Assembly (NCBI GenBank): GCA_000934665.2
Contig: JYFJ02001477.1
Location: 1-64,000 of the forward strand
Direction: 5' to 3'
Length of the DNA stretch: 64,000 bases
From: Catajapyx aquilonaris
Lineage: Eukaryota
The notes under the pieces were generated by a model. The model searched no databases. It was not told the DNA's origin and saw only the letters and a program-made list of their open reading frames with translations. Position numbers and translations under genes: made by a program. Positions 1 to 9,565 of this stretch are shown here, one piece after another (position 1 is the stretch's first letter; every line of letters begins with the position of its first letter).

Positions 1-43
1 GTATTTTGAGTGGAGTGTCCCTTTAACCAAACAATCCAGGGAA

Positions 44-3000
44 ATGGCATCAGCAGTAGAAGAGAAGGACAGGAAGAGCGAGCTGCACGTAGCAGCAGAA
101 GGAGGGGATTTCAAGATGGTGGAGTTGCTCCTCCAACGAGGTGAAGACGTGAACATCCGAACGGATTTCCTTCGCCGGACCCCACTCATTTTGGCTGCGA
201 GGGCTCCCTACCTCGGGGTCTGCGAGATGCTGCTGTCACACTCTCAGTGTGACGCCAATGCCCAAGACGAGTTGGGCAGATCGGCTCTGCACGAAGCGGC
301 GGAGAAAGGCAGCGTGCACATATGCCGTCTCCTCCTGGACCGTGGTGCACAGGTGGACATCCGAACCAACGATGGGTTCATTCCCTTACACCTAGCGGCC
401 AGGGCTGGTCATCTGATGGTGGCCAAACTCCTGGCCCAGAAGGGAGCTGACCTTTTGGCCAAGACTAAGGATGGAAAGACCCCCTCATACTTTTCTGTCG
501 AGGAAAGGCATTATGATATGTCCATGTACCTGAACAGCGAAATGGACAAACATGGGATTCCATCAGAAGCCAGGTAATTCCTTCACACACTTTGCACTTA
601 ATGTTCATTTAAGATTAAAGACTAACACCGACTAATGCTGATGAATTCGAACTTTTTAACTTTGATATCTTGTGGCCAAAAAAAATCATATCACCAGAAA
701 GTCAAATTAATTTGCCCACTCAGCCAGCGTAAGAATGAATTTTGAGTAGAACCCTGAAAACATTCAGGCCCTTCTTAACTCTAAAGGGTAGGGGTGAAGG
801 TCATGCTTATTTTATTGTCGCATGTTTTGCCATGCCACCAACAGATCAACTGTGTCTTATTTCATATATTAGATTCCCCATTTATGTTATTCTTTATTTT
901 AATTACTTTCTCTGCATGCATTTCAGGTCGAATGAGAGTGAAACATCCGTAGACACTGATCAAGATCAGCAGTCGACTCAGCAGGTATTTATCATCTTTC
1001 TTCTCCCTTATGGCTAATTAAACTGGCCAGCAATAATTTTGTTACATGAACAATAATTTTAGCTAGGCCTAGGCTGCTTCTTATGCATTCATAAGCACTA
1101 ATTCTGAATGTGAAATAGTATGGAATCAGTCTTTAAATTTCAAGCCAGTAAAGAGGGGAATCGTTTTGATGTGTCTATGTCTGTTTTGAAATCCAATTCT
1201 TGAGTTGGAAGTGATTAATAAATCAGACGGTTGGTTATTTGTTACATTTTAATGAAGATGTACAGCTAACGCGAAGTAGTGAAGACATCCACTTGCCTCT
1301 TTCAGGTCCCGATTATGTCTCCACAGGATGCGCATATGGTCACAGGTGACCATGGAGGAGGATCATCAAGTGAGGCCACTGCAGGACTCAAGCTGGACAG
1401 CCCCGAAACGTGTAGGACAAGACGCAGGGTAGGAAAAGGACAGGGAAGCACACATGTGGACAAGGACACAGTTGACGAGACTGACACGTCATCCGGAAGA
1501 AGTGACGGTATTGGACACAAGGAAGCAGCAAAGGGGATGGACGATTCGAAGGGTAGTCATCGTGGGTCGAGTGGAGCTGGGCAGGAAGGAGCTGGGGATG
1601 CAAGTGGGACACACTCCTCAGGGCAGCATCATGATCAGTTGAGGGCATGGAAGGAGATGCTCGATTCTGCCAACTCCCTAAGTGAAGAAGGCAAATGGAC
1701 AGAGGCTTTACCAGTCTGCAGGATGGTGTTGGTAAAAGAGGAAAAAGTGTTAGGTTACGACCATACGGACACTCTTCAGACAAAGCATGACGTGGCCTGC
1801 ATGCTACTGAACCTAGGGAAGAACGAGGAAGCCTTGTGGGTTCACAAGGATGTTTTGGATAAGAGGGGAAATGTGTTGGGTCATGACCATCCGGAGACTC
1901 TTTGCACAAAGATGAACATGGCAGGGGTGCTACGGAATCAAGGAAAGTACAAGGAAGCCTTGCGTGTTTACAGACAGGTTTTGGATAAGCAGGAAAAAGT
2001 GTTGGGTCATGACCATCTGGACACTCTCAGGGTAAACAGTAACATAGCATTGGTGCTACGGGATCAAGGAAATTACAACGAAGCCTTGCGTGTTTACAGG
2101 GAGGTTGTGGGTAAGCTGGAAAAAGTGTTGGGTCATGACCATCACGACACTCTTTGGACAAAGCATAACATGGCAGGGGTGATAGAGAATCAAGGAAATT
2201 ACGACGAAGCCTTGCATGTTTACGGAGAGGTTTTGGAGAAGAGGGAAAGAGTGTTCGGTCCTGACCATCCGGACACTCTTATGACAGAGATGAACATAGC
2301 GATGGTGCTAAGGGATCAAGGAAATTACGAGGAAGCCTTGCGGGCATACAGGGAGGTTTTGAATAAGCAGGAAACAGTGTTGGGTCATGACCATCCGTAC
2401 ACTCTTGGCACAAAGATGAACATGGCTGAAGTGCTACAGAATCAAGGACATTACGACGAAGCCTTGTGGGCATACAGGGAGGTTTTGAATAAGCAGGAAA
2501 CAGTGTTGGGTCATGCCCATCCGTACACTCTTTTGACAAAGATGAACATGGCTGAAGTGCTACAGAATCAAGGACATTACGACGAAGCCTTGTGGGCATA
2601 CAAGGATGTTTTGGATAAGAGGGAAAAAGCGTTGGGTCATGACCATCCGGAAGCTCTTGAGACAAAGCGTAACATGGCAGGGGTGCTACATAAGCAAGGG
2701 AAGTATGAGGAAGCCTTCCGGACATACAGGGTTGTTTTGAAGAAGCAGGAAAAAGTGTTGGGTCATGACCATCCGGACCCTCTTACGACAAAGAATAACA
2801 TAGCAGGGGTGCTACGGAATCAAGGAAATTACGAGGAAGCCTTGCGTGTTTACAGGGATGTTTTGGAGAAGCAGGAAAAAGTATTGGTTCATGACCGTCC
2901 AGACACTCTTAGGACAAAGCATAACATGGCCCTAGTGTTAGATAATCAAGGCAGGTACGACGAAGCCTTGCGTGTTTACAGGGAGGTATTGGATAAGAAG

Positions 3001-3324
3001 GAAAAAGTGTTGGGCCATGACCATCCAGACACTCTTAGGACAAAGCATGACATAGCAGGGGTGCTACAGAATCAAGGAAATTATGGGGAAGCCTTGCGGT
3101 TATTAACGGAGGTTTTGAATAAGCAGGAAAAAGTGTTGGGTCATGACCATCCGGACACTCTTGTGACAAAGCATAATATGGAAGTCGCACAATTCAGGAG
3201 TAGCAGATTTATACCCAGAATGCTTATGTTATTATTATTTTTATTAGGCCTATTATTATCTTTATTATTATTAAGTGGTTATTTAGAAGGTAACATCTTT
3301 AATTTTTATTTACATGTCATTTAA
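44..3324 (+). CDS. Ankyrin-repeat + 42-aa TPR-repeat (kinesin-light-chain/TPR_12-like) protein, copy A; exons 44-573, 927-984, 1306-3324 (~868 aa), hydrophobic C-terminal tail
   Basis: Exon 1 encodes about 4 ankyrin repeats (ELHVAAEGG, TPLILAAR, SALHEAAEKG, IPLHLAARAGH). GT-AG introns are phase-compatible. The last exon has a low-complexity linker, then 11 full LGHDHPDTLxTKxNxAxVLxxQGxYxEAL repeats plus a capping unit, and a Leu-rich tail (MLMLLLFLLGLLLSLLLLSGYL). Confidence 0.85.
1750..3180 (+). repeat. Coding tandem array of 126-bp (42-codon) TPR units, 11 full + 1 partial
   Basis: LG(Y/H)DH units recur at exact 126-bp spacing from 1750 to 3136. Confidence 0.95.
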
Positions 3325-3949
3325 TGGGATATAGTAACATTAATTTATAATTACCTGAATGATATTCTGCACAAAAGGTGGCGAGAGTGATCGTAAAGGT
3401 ACTCGCCTGTACACTACTTCATACGTAACTAATGCAAGCAACAATGAGAAAATAACAACTTAATCCAGCCAGCCCCACTTTGTGAGAAGGTGGACATGTA
3501 TTTGTGCAAATAACACTGGCGCGCTGCCACAGTGGCAGTTCGACATGTTTGCCCGAGAGCAACATTACCAAGAGACATTCGTGTGCCATTTATACTAATA
3601 ACAGGAGAATCTCCCTCATAATTTTCAGCAACTTGATTATTATCTGAGTGCAGCTGCTGTGCTCATGAAACTCATGTGGTCACAATTAATTAAATGAATT
3701 TTTATGTAAAATATCTGTAAAGGAAAATTTTTTAAACGGTGATATTAGAAAATTATTCTGCGTCGAACTTGGCGTCGAACCATTATAGGCCTACGTTACA
3801 GTAATTCTTATGATTTACCTTGTGAATCTCTTTCCGATGCGATGAAAGGGCGGTAATGATGTCCACTGCATAATCATGTTGTACTTGCAATTTAAATGTA
3901 ATAAATGTGATGAAAACCTGCATATTTTTTTAATTAAAATCTTCCACAG

Positions 3950-4262
3950 TAACGACTAGCGAATAACATGTCAGAGTAGCGGTTCTTCCAGGGTAACAGC
4001 TTACTACGATAGCGCTTAATAACTTCAGATCCTACGCAGGCGTCCGAATGCACCTCTGACGAAATCCAAGATGGCCGCGAAGTAACAGCTTACTACGATA
4101 GCGCTTAACAACTTCCGATTCAATTCGGGCGTCCGAATGCACCTTGTGACGCATTCCAAGATGGCCGCCGATTTTTCTCATCATCATTTGGGAGTTATTA
4201 ATTTTTGCTGATTTTGAGCTCGTTTTGAGGCCTGTCTGGGATGGAATCGGCTGAAGGGTGAG
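3950..4262 (+). promoter_or_regulatory. ZNF-type promoter (two copies of CAGGCGTCCGAATGCACC...CAAGATGGCCGC) and non-coding first exon ending at a GG|GTGAGT donor
   Basis: Motif at 4037-4078 and ~4126-4169, preceded by TAGCG/TAACAG repeats; near-identical to 17205-17520. Confidence 0.65.
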
Positions 4263-4449
4263 TGGGTCGGAGGTCAAAGGTTGTGACCTCCGTACAGGTC
4301 ATGCTATTAGAGCAGGTGGTACAGAAACAATAATGAAATGATCAAAGTAATAATTGATATCACGACCATTGCAAACGTTGTTGCACATTGTTAGTTCAGT
4401 GGTTCATTACTTGCAATTGTAGTAATTCATGGTAAATTTCAGGACGCCA

Positions 4450-5400
4450 ATGCCGATCAAGCAGGAAGTGCAGGACGTGGATGACGACAGCGACGGTTCT
4501 GACGTGTGCAACTTACCGCTGAAAGTTGAGATATCGTCATGCTTAGGCGATGGACCCGCTATTGTTGAACTAGACTGTGAGGTAAAGCAGGAGGTACCGG
4601 AGGCACTCTCAGCATGCTTGGGTGACGGACCGACCATTGTCGAACATGACGAGACGAAGACGTCGCCGGAAGAGGAAATTCTGGTTGCCATACCGGATGT
4701 TGAAAGTGATACAGATGATCCCTTGGCTTCTAATTCATTAGGGAACAGTCAGGTATCAGTCATGCATTATAAATATATGATATCCGATGCGACTAAATAC
4801 GTGTTTCAGGTAGAGGATACGCAAGTGAAACAACAAAAGCCGCATCAAACCGGGAGGAAATCGTTTTGTTGTCATATTTGTCAGAAGAGGTTCAACGAGT
4901 CAGGTGATTTGAAACGCCACGTTAGGACACATACTGGCGAGAAGCTCGTCCAATGTCCGCTTTGCCAGAAAGAGTTTTGCCAGGCGTCCTACATGAAGAC
5001 TCACATGCGTGTGCACACGTTGCACGTTGCACGTTGCGACGTCACCTCGGTACGCATACCGGGGAGAAGCCAGTCAGTTGTCAAGTCTGCCTGAAAAGCT
5101 TCAGTCAGACTAGTGCGTTGAAACGTCACCTGAGGACACACACGGGGGAGAAGATCTACAGCTGTAAAGTGTGCCAGAAGTCATACAGCCAGTCGTCCTA
5201 CCTGAAAATTCACTTGCGGGTGCACACGGGTGAGAAGCCATTCAGCTGCGAGATTTGCCAGAAGAACTTCAGTGAGATGGGCATTCTGAAGCGTCACCTG
5301 GGTACGCACACCGGGGAAAAACCGTTCAGCTGTGAAGTCTGCCGGAAATGGTTCAGCCGCGCAAGCGCACTGAAAACACATTTAAAGACACACCCGCAAG
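4450..5400 (+). pseudogene. Broken duplicate of the C2H2 ZNF gene at 17713-18772 (exons 4450-4752, 4810-~5400)
   Basis: Near-identical to the 17.7-18.8 kb gene. A net 43-nt deletion with a GCACGTT tandem filler at 5019-5033 removes finger 3 and shifts the frame. The 3' end is fused to ankyrin-gene sequence at ~5400. Confidence 0.85.
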
Positions 5401-7166
5401 ACCAAGGATGGAAAGACCGCCTCGTATTTTGCTGTCGAGGAAAGGCATCTTGATATGTCCGTGTACCTGAAAGGCGAGATGGACAATTGTGGGATTCAGT
5501 CAGAAGCTAGGTAATCCATTCGCACACTTTGCACATAATGTTAATTTAAGATTGAAGACTAACACCTCCTAACGCTGATGAGATTGAACTTTTTTGCTTA
5601 TTTTATATCTTCTGGGCAAAAAAAAGATCAATCACCTCTAAGTCAAATTTATATGCCCACTGAGCCAGCGTAAGAATGAATTTTGAGTTGAACCCTGAAA
5701 CATTCAGCCTCTCCCTAACTCTAGGGTAGGGGTGAAGGTCATGCTTATTTTATTGTCGCATGTTTTGCCATGCCACCAACAGATCAACTGTGTCTTATTT
5801 AATGTTAGATTCCCCATTTATGCTATTCTTTATTTTAATTCCTTTCAATGTGTGCATTTCAGGCTGAACGAGAGTAAAACATCTGTAGACACTGATCAAG
5901 ATCAGCAGTCGACTCAGGTATTTATCGTCTTTCTTCTCCCTTCTGGAAAATTTAACTGGCCAGTAATAATTTTGTTAAATGGCCAATAATTTTAGCTAGG
6001 CTGCTTCTTATGCATTCATAGGCGCTAATTCTGAATATGAAATCAGAATTTATATTGGCATCAATTTTCGTGTAACAAGCTACCTTACTTTCCCGGCAGT
6101 AGGCCCTTCTAAGCAGGGCTCAATGTCACACCATCATTTAGGCAAGTTCAATGGCTTAATTTAATAATTTTTGCTGTTTATCTACTGCTATCACAATAGG
6201 GGCAACAGGATTAATCTATTAATTAAGCCATATTAATTATTGCGTACTCACAAATTACAAATTATGTGGGATTTCAAACATGCCTATTGCTCAAAGACTG
6301 TGAGCAATTGAAATAATTTGCAAACATTTCCTTTGAAATCAGCGTTGTTTCCAACCTAGATTGCTAATAATGTGATTTCACGTCATTTTAAAGAGGATTA
6401 TGGATTCAGTCTTTAAATTTCAAGCCAGTAAACAGGGGAATCATGTTCATGTGACTATGGCTGTTTTGAAATCCAATTCTTGAGTTGGAAGTGATAAATA
6501 AATCGGATGGTTGACTGTTACTTGTTACATTTTAACAAACATTGATAGCTGACGCGAAGAAGTGAAGACGTGCACTTGCCTCTTTCAGGTCCCGATCATG
6601 TCTCCACAGAATGCGCATATTGTCACAGGTGAACAAGGAGGAGGATCATCAAGTGGGGCCACTGCAGGACTCAAGCTGGACAGCCCCGAAACTAGTAGGA
6701 GAAGACTAGGGGTAGGAAAAGAACAGGGCAGCACTCACCTGGACAAGGACACACGTGACGAGACTGACACGTCATCCGGAAGTGACGGTATTGGACGCAA
6801 GGAAGTAGCAAAGGGGATGGATGATTCGAAGGGTAGTCATCGCGGGTCAAGTGGAGGTGGGCAGGAAGGAGCTGAGGATGCAAGTGGGACAGGCTCCACG
6901 AAGCATCATCACGATCAGATGAGGGCATGGAAGGAAGTGCTCGATTCTGCTCACTCCCTATGTGAAGAAGGCAAATGGAATGAGGCTTCACCAACACTAT
7001 CTTGTAGACTGCTAAAGTCTACAAGATAGTGTTGGTGAAGGAGGAGGAAGTGTTAGGTTACGACCATCCGGACACTCTTCGGACAAAGCGTAATATGGAA
7101 TCCGCACAAGCCAGGAGTAGCATATTTATACACGCACCGGTACTGCTGAGATTATTTAAAAAGTAG
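5397..7166 (+). pseudogene. ANK-TPR copy B remnant: 3' end of ankyrin exon (to 5510), exon 5863-5917, last exon from 6589 with collapsed TPR array
   Basis: Colinear with copies A and C including introns. The 5' part is missing, there is a frameshifting foldback insertion at ~6986-7015, and the first TPR unit is joined directly to the capping unit (LGYDHPDTLRTK-RNMESAQARSS). Confidence 0.85.
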
Positions 7167-8084
7167 CATCTTTAATTTTCATATCCTTTGCGGCATAGTG
7201 AGCTTGCAATTGCAAACACCTGGAAATATATTTTCCCGCCATAACGGATGGTCTTTGCAAAATAAAAACGCCGTGGATGTCTGCTAGGCTCTATGAGGGA
7301 CAAACTCGAAACTGCCGAAGTATAAGCAGCTCTGCAAAATGGAAACGGGCAGTCATCTAGCTTATGTAAAGCCAACAACTTGTAATATTACGGGTGTTTC
7401 CATTTGGATGTTTCCAGCTGCTCACCTGTTCTTTACATGGTATGAGTGTATGTTTTGTGTGTGTTCATGTCATTGATATCATATTCATCCCATTCATTAA
7501 CTCTTATTTGCGTGACCTGACCAGAGGCTTCATTTTGTCGGTCATACCAGGAGGACAGGTGTAACCTGGACTCCTCTGGATACTGGATTTATGTCGTGAA
7601 GTAAATGATGATGATGACGTTTCCATTGTTGTGAGACAATAATGCCACAGTTATTGTGCACGCAGATGCAGGTGGCCATGCTCTACACTTCTACAGGCAA
7701 TGTTGCACTCTGCCGGTGAAAATTATAATTTTTTAAAAGTTAGTGTGCTTCAGAGTCAACTAAATAATTTTGGGAGTGGCAGTTCTTCACTATTGTTACT
7801 GTTACTGTTTTCAAAGCTCCGCTCAATGTGCCATGGTAGTGGCAAGATGAAAACAACCTCATAACTATGTATAAGTATGTATGAGGCATCACTTTTATGT
7901 TACATTTTTGACTCATTGTGAATCTCTGGCCCGTTCTGTCTCTATAGCTCAAGCTGGCTCTGGCCGATGCAAGGGCGCTACTGTCTGTAATGATGTTCAC
8001 TGCATAATAATGTTGTACTTGCAATTTAAATGTAATAAATGTGATGAAAACCTGCATATTTATTAATATTAAAATCTTCCGCAG

Positions 8085-8320
8085 TAACGACTAGCGAATA
8101 ACACGTCGGAGTAACGGTTCTTTCAGGGTAACAGCTTACTGCGATAGCGCTTAATCCAATCAGATCCGATTCAGGCGTCCGAATGCACCTTGTGACGTAA
8201 TCCAAGATGGCCGCCGATTTATCATTTGCACGTGATCGTTTGGGAGTAATTAATTATATTTTGCTGATTTCCAGCTCGTTTTTTGAGGCCTGTTCGGGAT
8301 GGAATGGACTGAAGGGTGAG
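8085..8320 (+). promoter_or_regulatory. Copy of the ZNF-type promoter and first non-coding exon, here upstream of ANK-TPR copy C
   Basis: CAGGCGTCCGAATGCACCTTGTGACGTAATCCAAGATGGCCGCC at 8172-8215 and a GAAGG|GTGAGT donor at 8315/8316. No ZNF coding exon follows; a candidate acceptor TTTTGTGCAG lies at 9486, before the ankyrin ATG. Confidence 0.6.
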
Positions 8321-9565
8321 TGGGTAGCAGGTCAAAGGTTGTCACCGCCGATTATTGACCAGCAGTGGGATGAGGCGATATAAACCCTAAGTGGTATCTT
8401 AGATAATTGTTATTTTCAACCTGGAAACACTTGAGAAGCATTTTCAAGGACATCCTCAAAGAAGCACAGCCATTGCTACGACCAGGTCAAAGCCTTTCAT
8501 CACGAATTATATTTATCTCTTCAGACCTAATCCACTTAAATTAACTTAGAGGTAATTTTCATACAGAACTTCCCAGAATAACTTTCTTGTTCCACTTTGG
8601 TGTCACAAACTCACTGTAAATCAAAATAAAATATATGCAATTGGGTGTTACGTAGGAACCTTTTCTTGGTAATCAATATTCACAAGGGGTTCAAGCTGTC
8701 ATACTGTGCCCAGAAGGCTGAGAGTATATTGCACAATGTCACCTTGCGATGAGCCACAGTGAATGGAGACCGATTAACACTTGCAGTGTATCTTATCTGA
8801 TTGTTTGCACGGATTGAAGCCAGTCTAATGCCAGATGTATGAAGCGCAATTTAAGGTGCGTACACTTGATAAAAAAAAATTGTAATCAAATGTTTAAGTG
8901 CTTGTGCATGACGTCACACCTTGGACTCGAGCAGAAATGCCTGGCAGGAATTTCACATGATCAACACACGATTATCCGATATGAAAGGAACACAAACCGT
9001 ATACACATCTTTAATTTGCAACGAGCAATCTTTGAGTGCACATCGTTTCTTTCTGCGCGGAAGATCAGGATATTTTCAACTCAACCCTACAAATCTGCAT
9101 AGAGCAGGTGAGAGGTTATTATTTTATCCTTACGTCTTGTCTTGCTCGTACATAGGTCCATATACCCATCACTAGGAGGGGGAAACACAATTATTAGGAT
9201 TTACAAAGAGATTGTGACATATTCTACAATTTCGTGAATGATTTATTTAGAACTGGCTTTGAATATTATTGCGGTTTTGAGGAGGATTACGTGAAGCAAT
9301 TCCTATTGGCATGTAAAATATTTGATAGTGTGCGTGATTCTACATTTGTGAGGAATTGATTTAGGATTGAGATATGCAACAATCAGAATTTACTCCGCAC
9401 CTTGTACTGTACAGTACATGTGCCACATTTGTGACACTGTTTCCACCTCCCATCGGAATCAATGATTTTTTAATCATTTTGTGCAGGGCAGCTGTGTAGC
9501 GTGTAGCCATCTCCAGGTGGACTGGAAGTGTCCCTGCTGCAGTCTTATCCACACAATCCAGGGAA

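Noticed and set aside
742..1017. ORFs 742-1017, 5732-5989 and 10313-10591 as standalone genes
   Set aside because: They are intron sequence read through into the 55-58-nt exon 2 of the ANK-TPR genes.
1750..3180. 126-bp repeats as a CRISPR-like or non-coding array
   Set aside because: The units are contiguous, in frame and encode TPR motifs; there are no unique spacers and no cas genes, and the context is eukaryotic.
4037..4170. GGCGTCCGAATGC motif as a tRNA or SINE B-box
   Set aside because: It does not match GGTTCGANNCC, has no A-box or cloverleaf, and sits before Pol II-type spliced exons.
4953..5453. Functional ZNF-ankyrin fusion protein
   Set aside because: The upstream frameshift and an out-of-frame junction give a stop at 5453; no ankyrin residues are translated.
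7540..7720. Possible exon fragment after a CAG acceptor
   Set aside because: Early stop codons and no recognisable domain.
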